Source: Prevotella sp.
Lineage (GTDB): Bacteria; Bacteroidota; Bacteroidia; Bacteroidales; Dysgonomonadaceae
Assembly (NCBI GenBank): GCA_031285625.1
Contig: JAITVV010000084.1
Coordinates: 83,791 to 147,790 of the forward strand
Direction of reading: 5' to 3'
DNA: 64,000 bases
Both the position numbers and the translations under genes were made by a program. Positions 31,940 through 43,441 of the stretch are shown here, piece after piece (the stretch's first letter is position 1; each line of letters opens with the position of its first letter). The notes under the pieces are model-generated. The model was not told where the DNA came from. It was given only the letters and a program-made list of their open reading frames with translations, and did not search any database.

Positions 31940-33901
31940 ATGTCGAATATTATAACTACAGATATAGCAACAATAGTTGATAGTGATAAGATTACATTGG
32001 TTAATAATCCATCATTTATACAGTTTATAGGTAATCAGGGTCTTAATGAAAAATTAGATACATTGGTTATTAAATTCAATGGGATAATGCAACCAAATGA
32101 TAATTTTGAAAATTTATATTATATTGGTTTCACTTATACTGACAATGGTATTCTATATAATGTTAAATATGTTCAAACTGTTGATGCAGAATATGCTGCA
32201 CAATATAATAATATCTTCTATCAAGGTAATACAGTAGTTGATACAGTTAGGAATTTACAGCAGAAGTTATTAGATAATAACTTCTTGGTTAATAATTTTA
32301 TCATTAGTGCTAATAATGATTTGCTATCTATTAAGCCAAAAGTAGGTGATGCAAGCAAAGCATATACATTATCATATATAACAGGTTATGCAACCACAAC
32401 TGACCCACATATTGAAATAAATGGTGCTATAACATACATTACACCATCAGTTATATCAAGTGGTACAGAAGAAGTTGATAATACCATACCAACATTTACA
32501 TTAACAGTGAATAGTTTTACATCAAATGATGCATTACCTGCTGCTGCTTTATTAACCTTTGTTGAAAACAACAGTAAAAACAGTTATAAAATACAGGGAA
32601 CAACTGATAAAAGTTTGATTGATGGTAATAAAAATTACTTTTATCTTAATTCCAATCCTGTAATAACCTGTAATAACCTTATTCAGGCATTGTTAACAGT
32701 ACCATTTTTCAAAAATAACTTCATTTTAAGTGTTGATGGGGATGAATTTTCATTGGTTGGTAAGCGAAATAACCCTAATTTTTCATTCAATGTTACATAT
32801 AATCCATCATTTTGCAGCATAAATAACACACAATATACAATAAATAACAGTAATGTATTATATAATAGTCAAATTGAGTTGGATATATACAAGAATAATC
32901 AGTATGTAACCACTGTATCTAAGTCATATATTGATAGTGATGTATGGTTTGATGTAAATAATATATTAAATAGAACAATGAAATCATATCCAAACTGTTT
33001 ATTCTTACCAAATAATATATTAGACAGTGGTACAACGATGAAATATAATTACAATAGTAAGTATATTAAAAATTATGATACACAATTTATTAACTTCAGT
33101 GAAAATAAATATGTTGTAGATGGCTTTGTTAGAACATTAGAACCAAATGATATAAACAGTTATATTTATTCAGCAGATGAAGATGTTGAATGTAATATAC
33201 TTACCAATAAGTTAGACAGGATATATAATATTGGTGAAGATATATCAGCTAATATTATAATAGAACCAAATGATGATACATCATATACAATTGGATTATT
33301 AATTAAATATTATGAGAATAATAAATTAGTTAATGAAAATATAATTGATACTGATAATGGTAAAGACTTGATTAGTAGTATATATGTTACTGCTGATAAA
33401 ATATTAATTACAGACAGGACACAATTTATAGATGTTGTTTGGGTGAAGATACCAAATGAAAGCCCTGATGACTTTTATGAAATTTCATCTTATATCAGAT
33501 ATAAGATATTACGTGAATGTAATGATAGTTATGGTTTTATGTTTTTGAATAAATTAGGGGGTTGGGATATATATTACTTCAATAGTGATTTCAATACAGA
33601 ATTTAAAACTGAGGTAACCACTTCATTTAAAACATTGCAACCAAATTATAAACTTAGTGATACTTACGAAAAGGTTGAATTTAAAGAAACAGAAGAAACT
33701 TTTGCAATTAAATCAATGGTGAATAAAGAGACTGCTGAATGGTTAAAAGAATTATCAACAAGTAAATATGTATATTCATTATTTGATAATAATAGGTATG
33801 TGATTGTACAAGATTTTGATTTAAGTATTTCGGATAAAGATTTATTTGAGGTCACAATGAAATATACCTATTCTGACACATATAATACTATTTTAAAATA
33901 A
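31940..33901 (+). CDS. Phage tail protein (distal-tail-like)
   Basis: C-terminal FLNKLGGWDIYYF..WLKELSTSKYVY motif typical of Bacteroidetes phage tail proteins. Confidence 0.6.
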   Translation: MSNIITTDIATIVDSDKITLVNNPSFIQFIGNQGLNEKLDTLVIKFNGIMQPNDNFENLYYIGFTYTDNGILYNVKYVQTVDAEYAAQYNNIFYQGNTVVDTVRNLQQKLLDNNFLVNNFIISANNDLLSIKPKVGDASKAYTLSYITGYATTTDPHIEINGAITYITPSVISSGTEEVDNTIPTFTLTVNSFTSNDALPAAALLTFVENNSKNSYKIQGTTDKSLIDGNKNYFYLNSNPVITCNNLIQALLTVPFFKNNFILSVDGDEFSLVGKRNNPNFSFNVTYNPSFCSINNTQYTINNSNVLYNSQIELDIYKNNQYVTTVSKSYIDSDVWFDVNNILNRTMKSYPNCLFLPNNILDSGTTMKYNYNSKYIKNYDTQFINFSENKYVVDGFVRTLEPNDINSYIYSADEDVECNILTNKLDRIYNIGEDISANIIIEPNDDTSYTIGLLIKYYENNKLVNENIIDTDNGKDLISSIYVTADKILITDRTQFIDVVWVKIPNESPDDFYEISSYIRYKILRECNDSYGFMFLNKLGGWDIYYFNSDFNTEFKTEVTTSFKTLQPNYKLSDTYEKVEFKETEETFAIKSMVNKETAEWLKELSTSKYVYSLFDNNRYVIVQDFDLSISDKDLFEVTMKYTYSDTYNTILK

Positions 33902-33904
33902 ATG

Positions 33905-33958
33905 AATGGAGTATCATTAGATACTCCATTTTTTATGTATATATCCCAAATATCAATA
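33905..33958 (+). promoter_or_regulatory. Terminator plus TATCAATA cassette
   Basis: AATGGAGTATC-atta-GATACTCCATT (22 nt identical to 31873-31894), TTTTTTATGTATAT, TATCAATA at 33951-33958. Confidence 0.78.
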
Positions 33959-33974
33959 TTTTAAAATATTATAA

Positions 33975-36748
33975 ATGCAACTTATAGAATTTTATATCAA
34001 TGATAGGTTAATAGATTATACCAATGCAAATGATTTAGGAATTAAATTATCAAGACAAATTTTTAAGCCATCTGAATTTACATCAAAAGATTCACAAATG
34101 TCTTATAAGATAACCATTCCAAATAGTGTTACCAATAATGAGATATTCAATTATTCAAATGTTGAAGAAGTAAAAGATAAATTCAATTATGAATATACAG
34201 CAAAGGTATATGTGGATAACATATTAATCTTTGATGGGTACTTTATGTTGCAGGAGATAACTGAAAAAAAATATATAGGTAATTTATATATTCCTGTATA
34301 TAAGACCATCAAAGATATATTTGGTAATAATGTGATGAATAAACCATCTTCCAATACTGAAAAAAACAAATGGTTATTTAATATGGATGGTGCATCAGAT
34401 ATAAGTGCTTGGAATGAACAAGTATTAACCAACTTTGAAAATAACAGGGCATCTGATTGTTTATTCCCATATATATTATATGGATTGATTCCAAAAATAA
34501 GTATTAATCCAAATGATTATGTAAATGGTGAAATGGTTGGTGAATATACTGATAAGAATGTATATGATAAATATGCAAGATTGGGTTATGAAGATATACC
34601 ACCTGCAATGAATGTATTGGAGACAATTAAACATATGTTTGTATCTAATGGTTTAACTATTTCAGGTACAGCATTTAACGATGATAGGTTGAAACATCTA
34701 TATATGTCATATTCCAATCCAACAGATTATATACAAGAATGGAATTATGGTGATTTATCCACCATTGAAGTAAACGGTTCTTGGTCAATGTGGGATATGA
34801 ATAATACATTTGAATGGCAAATTTCACAAAACAGTGATAGTTATGGTTCATATTATGGTACTAATATATTAGATTCAAATAGATTTATATTAAATTACTA
34901 TACTGATACAGGGACAAATACCATATATAATTCTTATGATGAGATAAAAAATGCTGTAACAAGAAAAAGAAATAATTTAAGTATTACCATACCTCAATCA
35001 GGCTACTATAAAATAACCTTATCGGGTAATTTATCATTAAATACAAGTGTTTACCGAGGTGAATTAGTTGATAATATAACAGGTAAAAAATTCACAGGTG
35101 TTATACAGCATAATAATGACACTCGTAATAATAGCTTTCAAAGGTCTATGTATGAGATTCAGGTATTACGTGATTTTGGTGAGGGTAGTTTTACATATGA
35201 TAAAGTTGTAGGTCATTATAATCAACCTAATTTTCCTCAGACACAAGCAGGTGATACTAATCAATATCCTAAATATTATCCATTTGATGGTGAGGATATG
35301 ATTATAGACCCTCAAACAAATATTAATTTTATTAGTGGTTTGCATTGGGGTAATTATGATAATGAATTAAAAGATTATAATCCAATTGGGGGTACATATC
35401 CTTCAAATTATATGTTTATGAAAAATGGATATAGTTGGAATAATACTTTTTCTCAAAGGCAAAAAATATACCACGTGTATGATAGTGAGAAATCAGCAGG
35501 TACAGATGATGGTGTTAATTACAGATGTTATAATTTAGATGACTTAACCAATCAATTAGTAACTAATGATGTGGCATTACATTATGGTAAGATAGAAGAT
35601 ATGCCAAATAATAATTATTGTGCTCAATCTAATGGAATATATGGTGAGGGGTTGGTACAAAGTGTAATATGGTTGGATAAGGGTGAACATATAACTGTTG
35701 CTGTTGTAGGTAATATGGGTGACTACAAGAAGCAATCATCAGACCATACCCATTTTGATGCAAATATTGTGTTGATAGATAGTGTTAATTTTGATTTAAA
35801 AATTGAAAGTTTCAGAACTGATATTCAATGGAATAATTTTGACAATGATGGAAATTATGATTCAGATAATGTATTATCTTGGAATGATGCTAATACATTC
35901 CAAAATGGATATATAGATTTATGTAAGTTTCTTCCATCAGAAGTTAAAATTAATGATTTCTTGGATAATTTTTGTAAGGCATTTAATTTGAATTTGATAC
36001 AACCAACACAAAATAATTTTGAATTAAATGTAAAACAGACCAAACAGTTAGGTACAAGTGATATAGTATCATTTGAAGATAAGTTTAATATTAAATTAAG
36101 AACAAATGAACCATTAGGCTTACCAAGTGAGATTAATATTAAATGGTCTATTGACGAGGAAGAAGAAGGATATGTTGCAAGTGGTGGTTATACAGGTAAT
36201 GGACAATTTCAAACAGGTACTATTGGTGGTTCAGTAAGTGAACAATCATCAACATTTAGTTATAATTGGTATAAGGATATTGATTTCTTTGGAGTTTCAG
36301 ATAGTGTACCTGTGATATCCAAACACGAAGTATGGGAAAATGGTACAGAAGATTATGGTGAAATGCAGAAGAAATATTATTCAAATTTACCAATAAGATT
36401 TTTCTATCCAAATAGTTTAGTTGCTTGGAATAATGGTAATTATCATTATAATGTCTTCCAATTAGGTAATAATTATGTTGATTTGGTGAGTTTAAAAAAT
36501 GAATATGACATTACAACGATATCCATTTTGGATTATGAGAATAAACAGTATTCAATTTTGAATAATTATTTTACATTGATTACAACAAATAATACCAATT
36601 ATACAATAATAGAGACTTATTTGACACCTGAGGAATATCAATTATTAAATGGTAGGAATATTCAGATTTATATTATGTATCTTCAATTGACCAATATGAC
36701 CCATTGATGAAATCACCATCAAAAATTAAATTGATTAGAAAAATATAA
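33975..36748 (+). pseudogene. Large tail tip/hub protein with frameshift near the C-terminus
   Basis: ORF 33975-36707; natural-looking end SDLYYVSSIDQYDPLMKSPSKIKLIRKI* lies in another frame (36662-36748). Confidence 0.65.
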
Positions 36749-36777
36749 ATATCAATATTTTTTAAAATATAATATTT

Positions 36778-36981
36778 ATGAAAGATTTATTTTGTGAAGA
36801 TGGAAGTTGTGATATTTCCAAAGGTAAATTATGTATTCGTAGAGTTATAGGGGCATTAGGATTTATAGCTTTTATTGGATGTATTTATTTGGGAATTTAT
36901 CATCCATCAGTTGATTTATTGGCAATGTTAAGCGCATCATTAATTGGTTTAACAACGGTTGATAAATTTATTAAAAAATAA
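36778..36981 (+). CDS. Small two-TM membrane protein (holin-like)
   Basis: Two hydrophobic helices, basic C-terminus, TATCAATA at 36750-36757. Confidence 0.55.
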   Translation: MKDLFCEDGSCDISKGKLCIRRVIGALGFIAFIGCIYLGIYHPSVDLLAMLSASLIGLTTVDKFIKK

Positions 36982-37001
36982 TATATTAAAATGAAATGAA
37001 T

Positions 37002-37056
37002 GGGAACACAATAAAGTGTTCCCCTTTTTTTTATGTATATGTGGGAAATATCAATA
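37002..37056 (+). promoter_or_regulatory. Terminator plus TATCAATA cassette
   Basis: GGGAACAC-aataaa-GTGTTCCC, T8, ATGTATAT, TATCAATA at 37049-37056. Confidence 0.78.
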
Positions 37057-37075
37057 TTTCAAATTACTATTTGAA

Positions 37076-40000
37076 ATGAGTGATAAAAAAACTTTCTCAA
37101 TAACCATTGATGGTTTGGAAAAAGCATATAATGATGTACTTAAATTAAGTGATGCACTGAAAGCAATTAACAGTGTTAATGCTTCTGTTGCTACAACTAA
37201 TAATGAAGTAACATCATCAATTACATCTAAAAGTAAAGCTACTGATGAATTATCAAAGGCACAGGAAAAATTAAATGCTTATGATGCTGAATATCAAAGA
37301 CAATTAGCTGAAACAAAAGCTGAATTATCAGCAAATAATAAAGAAATTCAAAATAATATTAAAGTAACACAAGCATTAGCAACAGTTGAAGCAGGTGTTA
37401 CAGATACTTATGCTGATAAACAAAGGTTATTAACTGCATTGGGGACTACGATTAAAAATATGTCCACCACAACTGATGCTGAGATAGCTCAACAGAATGA
37501 ATTAATTGCACAATATAAGGCATTAAATGATGAATTAACAGCTACTGATGAACGTATGGGTAATAACCAACGCAAAGTAGGTGCTTACGAAAATGCAACC
37601 AAATCATTGAAAGGTCAGTTAAGGGAAATGACAGAGGAATTGGCAACAATGATTGCTAATGGTGTTCAACCAACTGATGCTGCCTATCTTGATTTAGCGA
37701 CACGAGCAGGGGAATTACGTGATGCAATGGGTGATGCACAAGGTGCTATTACTAAATTTGGTTCTGATACAAGGGGATTAGATAATATTATATCAGTCGG
37801 ACAAGGTATTACATCCATATTTGGTACTGCACAGGGTGTAATGTCAATGTTTGGTCAATCGGGTGAACAGGTTGCTCAATCTATGGAGAAGATGATGGGT
37901 GTAATGACTACCTTACAATCACTCCAAGAATTGCAAAATCAATTAACTACACAAGGTACTGTGTTCAATAAATTATATACTACTGTATTACAAGCGATGG
38001 GATTAGCTAAAAAAGCTGATATAGCTAATACAGTATCACAGGCAGCAGCAACAACAGGTGCAAGTGTAGCAACAGGTGTTGCCACAACAGCAATGAAAGC
38101 ATTTAGGATTGCATTAGTTAGTACAGGTATTGGTGCTTTAATTGTTGGTTTAGGTCTATTAATATCCAATTTTGATAGTGTTAAAAAATGGGTGGTTGAT
38201 TTAGTTCCTGCATTAGGCAATATGGGTGAGGCTTTTGATGAAGTTAAATCTGTTGTGATGGGTATTGGTCAGGCATTATTGGAATTTGTTATTGCTCCAT
38301 TTAAGACTTTGATAGCTGTTGTACAGGGATTTATGGAAAATGGTATTGATGGCGCATTAGCAGCAGGTGAAGCACAGGTTAAAAGTTCACTTGATGTGGT
38401 TGGTAATTATGAAAAAGGTTATCACGACCAAAGTGTTAGGAATGCAGAAGCAGCAGCCAAAGCAAAAGCAGAAGCATCAGCAACTGAATTAGACAATTTA
38501 ATAAAAGATAATGAAGCTAAATTGGGTTCAGATTGGAAATATTCAACTGAAGGTAGAAAAGCATATGCTAATTTCTTTGATGCTAAAAAAGCAATGTATG
38601 GTGATGATAAAGAAAAGTATGCTGAGGCTCAAAGAGAGGCTTGGAAATTTATGGCTGAGACTACCAAACACGATGCAGACGAAAGAAAAAAACGTTCTGA
38701 TGCAGGTAAACAGGCAGCACAAGAAGCTAAACAAAGATTGGATGATTATAAAAAATCATTGGAAGCATTCACCAAACAAACGAATACATTAGAGATTAAT
38801 AATGAAAAAACAAGAATTACCAATGCAAAAGATGCTGCTGAAAAAATGGTTGCTACAACCAAAGATGAGTTAACCAAACGAAATAATGCTATAACAGAAG
38901 CCTATGGTAAACAACAGATTCTACAACAAAAATTAAATTTAGATGAAATTGCAGCAGTTGATAAACAATATAATGAATTGATTGAAAAAGCTAAAAAAGC
39001 TAAAAAAACTAAACAAGATATAAGTAAAATTGAAGAAGAAAGACAAAATCTATTATCTGAATTAAGAACAAAATTCACATTAGAAGAAATTAATTTAAAT
39101 AAAGAAAAAAACGAAAAAATTAAATCTTCCAATAAAGATTTTGATGATGATGAAAAAGAGAGGGCTGAAAATGCTAAAAAGTTAGCACAAGATAAGGTTA
39201 ATTTTGAGATGGAATTGATTGATAAACAATTTAAAACCATTAATGAATTAAAAGAAAACTTTACTGCAAGGGGTGGAGCATTAGATTTAATTGATGTTGA
39301 CCAAACAAAAGCAAATCTTGCTGTCATTCGTGATGAATTGGATAAACAAAAAACCTCATTAGTAAAATATAAAGATGAATTAGAGAAAAATACTACACTT
39401 GACCCCAAGGCAAAAGAAAAAGCATTGGATGATATTAATGCTAAAATTAAAGTTAATGCAAAAGATATTGCTGATAATACCCAACAACAAACCCAAGTTA
39501 TGACTAACTATTGGGCTGATTTTTCGGATAAAGTTGGTGGTTATATATCTGTTGTTAGTGATTCTTTAAATTCAATATTTGAAACAGTTGGTTCTTTCTT
39601 TGATATGAAGTTAGAAGAAGCACAAGAAAAATTAGATGAAATATCTGAAAAATATGATGAAACTGTTGAATTACAAGAAGAAAGCAATGAAAGGTTATTA
39701 GCATTACAAGAAGAAGCTAAAAATGTATCAGGTGGTAGGGCATTAGTTGTACAGGATGAAATTTCTCGTGAAATGGCATTAAATAAAGAACTTGCCAACC
39801 AAGAAAAACAATTAGCAAAAGAAAAAGAAGCCCGTGAAAAAGAAGTTGCCAAAATTCAAAAACAACAAAAGAAAGCTGAATTGATGGGAAATATTGTTAG
39901 CGGTTTATCAGGTGGTGCATTAGCTGTAATTAATGCATTACAGGTACAACCATTCCCATTAGGGTTAGCATTAGCTGCTGTTGCAGGCGCAATGAGTGCT

Positions 40001-40453
40001 GTACAGGTTGGTATAATGTCAGCTCAATTAGGTAAGTTAGAAAAGGGTGGATTATTACAAGGTAAACGACATTCAGAAGGTGGTATTCCTGTTGGTAATA
40101 CAGGTATTGAAGTTGAAGGTGGTGAATATGTTACCAATCGCAATACAACATCAAAGAATTTGGGTCTATTAACCTACATAAATAGTCAGGATAGGGAATT
40201 AGGTATTAATGATTTTGTTAGTTATTATGATGATAGTACAGGTAAAATAATGCCTAATCCAAGATTTAGAAAAATGTTTGCTGATGGTGGACAAATGGAT
40301 ATATCAAATATATCAAATTCATCAGGTACAAACAATGATGCAATCTTAAATGCATTATCAGGTATTAATTTTTCACCTGTTGTTAGTGTGGTTGATATAA
40401 TTGATTCTACTGCACAAGTAACAAGTGTAAGAGATTCAGCAGGATTTTCATAA
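37076..40453 (+). CDS. Tape measure protein
   Basis: ~1125 aa, Ala/Lys/Glu coiled coil, STGIGALIVGLG segment, C-terminal GG..H..GGI..EVEGGE; start moved to MSDKK. Confidence 0.88.
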   Translation: MSDKKTFSITIDGLEKAYNDVLKLSDALKAINSVNASVATTNNEVTSSITSKSKATDELSKAQEKLNAYDAEYQRQLAETKAELSANNKEIQNNIKVTQALATVEAGVTDTYADKQRLLTALGTTIKNMSTTTDAEIAQQNELIAQYKALNDELTATDERMGNNQRKVGAYENATKSLKGQLREMTEELATMIANGVQPTDAAYLDLATRAGELRDAMGDAQGAITKFGSDTRGLDNIISVGQGITSIFGTAQGVMSMFGQSGEQVAQSMEKMMGVMTTLQSLQELQNQLTTQGTVFNKLYTTVLQAMGLAKKADIANTVSQAAATTGASVATGVATTAMKAFRIALVSTGIGALIVGLGLLISNFDSVKKWVVDLVPALGNMGEAFDEVKSVVMGIGQALLEFVIAPFKTLIAVVQGFMENGIDGALAAGEAQVKSSLDVVGNYEKGYHDQSVRNAEAAAKAKAEASATELDNLIKDNEAKLGSDWKYSTEGRKAYANFFDAKKAMYGDDKEKYAEAQREAWKFMAETTKHDADERKKRSDAGKQAAQEAKQRLDDYKKSLEAFTKQTNTLEINNEKTRITNAKDAAEKMVATTKDELTKRNNAITEAYGKQQILQQKLNLDEIAAVDKQYNELIEKAKKAKKTKQDISKIEEERQNLLSELRTKFTLEEINLNKEKNEKIKSSNKDFDDDEKERAENAKKLAQDKVNFEMELIDKQFKTINELKENFTARGGALDLIDVDQTKANLAVIRDELDKQKTSLVKYKDELEKNTTLDPKAKEKALDDINAKIKVNAKDIADNTQQQTQVMTNYWADFSDKVGGYISVVSDSLNSIFETVGSFFDMKLEEAQEKLDEISEKYDETVELQEESNERLLALQEEAKNVSGGRALVVQDEISREMALNKELANQEKQLAKEKEAREKEVAKIQKQQKKAELMGNIVSGLSGGALAVINALQVQPFPLGLALAAVAGAMSAVQVGIMSAQLGKLEKGGLLQGKRHSEGGIPVGNTGIEVEGGEYVTNRNTTSKNLGLLTYINSQDRELGINDFVSYYDDSTGKIMPNPRFRKMFADGGQMDISNISNSSGTNNDAILNALSGINFSPVVSVVDIIDSTAQVTSVRDSAGFS

Positions 40454-40494
40454 TTACCTATAATAATTAAAATATCAATATAGTAAAAATTAAT

Positions 40495-41688
40495 ATGATA
40501 ATTACGACAACAGATAGTTCAGTTAAAATTGAAGACAATAGTGGTATAGTTTGGACAGGTGGATTAAATACATTTGTATTAACTTATTCAGCACCTGAGG
40601 ATAGTGTAACATTATTTGATGACACAAGATTAATAGCAACAGGTAAATTAACTGATTCAACCATAAATGGTACTCAGTTAACAGGTGATAATATTGATAG
40701 CGCATTACAGGATATATTTAGTACAGCAGGTAGTAATAGTGGTACAGGTGGTGTTAGTTCAGTTAATGGTTATACAGGTAATGTAGCTTTAACTGCTGCT
40801 GATGTAAATGCTTATACACAAGACCAAGTAGATACTATGTTAGGTCAGTTAAATACAGCAGAATTTGCAGGTCCATATGCAACAATAGATGTTATACCAA
40901 CACCATATGATACAAATGACTTATATTTAGTTGGTGATGCAGTTCCATATGCTATCTATGCGAATGTTGCAGGTGTCTTAACACAAATAGGTAGTTCATC
41001 TGTTGATTTATCTGATTATTATACTAAAGATGAAATTGATTCAATTGGTGAAGCTGACCCAATTTTTAATGCTTGGAAAAATGGTACATCAGTTGTGATT
41101 GGTAGTTCTTCGACAGGTACAGGTATAGCCATTGGTAATATTGCACAAGGGGCAGGTATTGCAATTGGTAAAAATTCAGTAAGTTCAGCAAATAATAGTA
41201 TATCACTTGGTAATAATGCAAGGTCATTAGGTACAGGTATAGCCATTGGTTATTTGGCAGCAGCTAATATTAATTATGGTGTTGCTATTGGAGCATCTTC
41301 TTCAACAATTGCAACTAATGGTGTTGCTATTGCATATAATGCCTACAATGCAGGTAATAATGGTGTTGCTATTGGCTACAATGCAAGTACATTAGGTCAA
41401 AATTCGGTTGCATTGGGAACACAATCACAGGCAAAAAACCCTAATGAGATAGGTATTGGAGCAAATAATAAAATTGTATCAGGTTCAACTGCTGAACAAA
41501 ATACACAATTTACTGTTGCATCATATTCTGCTGATACTTCAACTAAAAGAAATGCCCTAGAAATTCGTCAAAATGATGATATATGGATTTTTATGAATAA
41601 TAATCAAGTAATGATTCAAGATTATTTTAATCAAATAGAGGATTTAAAAGTACAAATAGAGGATTTAAGAGCACAAATAGGTGGGTAA
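40495..41688 (+). CDS. Tail fibre/adhesin with YadA-like head repeats
   Basis: GVSSVNG.TG motif; repeated (G/S)(I/V)AIG units; C-terminal coiled coil. Confidence 0.7.
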   Translation: MIITTTDSSVKIEDNSGIVWTGGLNTFVLTYSAPEDSVTLFDDTRLIATGKLTDSTINGTQLTGDNIDSALQDIFSTAGSNSGTGGVSSVNGYTGNVALTAADVNAYTQDQVDTMLGQLNTAEFAGPYATIDVIPTPYDTNDLYLVGDAVPYAIYANVAGVLTQIGSSSVDLSDYYTKDEIDSIGEADPIFNAWKNGTSVVIGSSSTGTGIAIGNIAQGAGIAIGKNSVSSANNSISLGNNARSLGTGIAIGYLAAANINYGVAIGASSSTIATNGVAIAYNAYNAGNNGVAIGYNASTLGQNSVALGTQSQAKNPNEIGIGANNKIVSGSTAEQNTQFTVASYSADTSTKRNALEIRQNDDIWIFMNNNQVMIQDYFNQIEDLKVQIEDLRAQIGG

Positions 41689-41717
41689 TATAATTTTAAA
41701 ATATTATAAATGAAATG

Positions 41718-41739
41718 AAAGGTGGACATGTCCACCTTT
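41718..41739. repeat. Perfect 22-bp palindrome, copy 1 (terminator-like)
   Basis: AAAGGTGGACATGTCCACCTTT; identical copy at 53476-53497. Confidence 0.85.
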
Positions 41740-41781
41740 TTCTTTTTATATGAAATATCAATAAAGTAAAAAATAATTGAT

Positions 41782-43440
41782 ATGACCATAAATGAATTAA
41801 AATATCTAATTACAACTAAAATATATACAAATGGTATTGAAGATATAACAGCAGAAGATTTACAACAAGTGTTATTGGTTATGGCAGATAGTGCATTTAC
41901 TGATGTTATTGACAGATTAGATGTAACACGTGTTGATGCAGCATTATCAGCTAATCAAGGTAAGATATTGAATGATAAAATTACTTCAATATTAAATGAT
42001 ACATCTGATATTCATCTTACCATTAATAGTATTCTATCAGAATTGCTTACATTATCAGATAATATTGCAACTGAGGTTAATGATAGAAAAACTGCTGACA
42101 CAGCCATATTAGTTAGTTTAGATAATGAAATTACCAACCGCACAAATGGTGATATATCAATTAATACAGCCCTAACAAAAGAAATTCAAGATAGAAAAGA
42201 TGCAGATACTGCCATTAATACAACTATTACAAGCAATGTTAATACTATTAATGGTAAAATTAATACTTTAACCAATAATTTAACTGCTGAGGCTGCTATT
42301 CGTGAACAAGCTGATACAGCATTAGGTGTAAGAATTGATAATGAAACTACCAATAGAATAAATTATGACCAAAGATTGGATGATAAAATATCAACTGAGG
42401 CTACTGACAGGAAAAATGGTGATATTCAGATTCAATTAACATTAAATAATGAAATTGAAGAAAGAAAATCAGATGTAAACGCTTTAAATACAAGGGTTAC
42501 AATTGAAGTTCAAGATAGAACCAATGCAGATAAATTACTTAATCAACGAATTGATAATCTTCCTGTAATTGATTTAACACCATATTATACAAAGGATGAG
42601 GTTGATGATTTAATTGATAATATTGAAGCAGGTGAAGTAGATTTATCTGATTATTATACTAAAGAACAAGTAGATGAAGCCATTGATGAAGCAGTTACAG
42701 GTGGTACAGTCGATTTATCTAATTATTATACAAAAACTGATGCTGATGCCTTATTAAATAATAAAGCTGATAAATCAACAACTTATAACAAGACAGAAGT
42801 AGATAGTAAATTTACACCATATTATACATCAGCACAAGTTGATAGTAAAATTGCTGCTATTCCTACTGTTGATTTAACTAATTATTATGATAAGGATGAA
42901 ATTGATGACCTATTAGATAATTTATCAGCAGGTGATGTTGATTTAACAAACTATTATACTAAGTTACAAGCAGATAGTTTATTATCAAATAAAGCTAATG
43001 TAGGTGATTCATATACCAAGACAGAAGTTGATGGTAAAATTGCTGCTATTCCTGCTACTGATTTATCAAATTATTATACCAAGACAGAAGTAGATAGTTT
43101 AATACCTGATTTATCTAATTATTATACCAATGATGAAATTGATAATTTGCTATTAAATAAGGCTTCTGCTATTGATGTAGCAGGTAAACAAGATAGATTA
43201 ACAGCAGGTACTAACATTACAATAGCAGGTAATGTAATATCAGCAAAAGATACTGTATATGATGATACTGCACTACAATTAATGGTATCACAAAAGCAGA
43301 ATCAATTAGTTGTTAGTGATGGTTTAAATTTGGATAGTACCAGATTAACTTTGGATATCCAACACGTGATATTAACACAGGCAGAATTTGATGCATTAAC
43401 CACTAAATCAACCACAACAATATATTATATAAAAGGATAA
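41782..43440 (+). CDS. Repeat-rich tail fibre protein
   Basis: ALSANQGK motif, ExxxRxxxD coiled-coil repeats, ~10 (DLSN)YYTKxEVD repeats. Confidence 0.75.
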   Translation: MTINELKYLITTKIYTNGIEDITAEDLQQVLLVMADSAFTDVIDRLDVTRVDAALSANQGKILNDKITSILNDTSDIHLTINSILSELLTLSDNIATEVNDRKTADTAILVSLDNEITNRTNGDISINTALTKEIQDRKDADTAINTTITSNVNTINGKINTLTNNLTAEAAIREQADTALGVRIDNETTNRINYDQRLDDKISTEATDRKNGDIQIQLTLNNEIEERKSDVNALNTRVTIEVQDRTNADKLLNQRIDNLPVIDLTPYYTKDEVDDLIDNIEAGEVDLSDYYTKEQVDEAIDEAVTGGTVDLSNYYTKTDADALLNNKADKSTTYNKTEVDSKFTPYYTSAQVDSKIAAIPTVDLTNYYDKDEIDDLLDNLSAGDVDLTNYYTKLQADSLLSNKANVGDSYTKTEVDGKIAAIPATDLSNYYTKTEVDSLIPDLSNYYTNDEIDNLLLNKASAIDVAGKQDRLTAGTNITIAGNVISAKDTVYDDTALQLMVSQKQNQLVVSDGLNLDSTRLTLDIQHVILTQAEFDALTTKSTTTIYYIKG

Positions 43441-43441
43441 T

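Noticed and set aside
37016-37075. Upstream starts in the ORF track for tape measure (37016), protease (44592) and portal (51342)
   Set aside because: The first two run through terminator/promoter cassettes; for the portal, ATG 51348 fits the motif spacing better than TTG 51342
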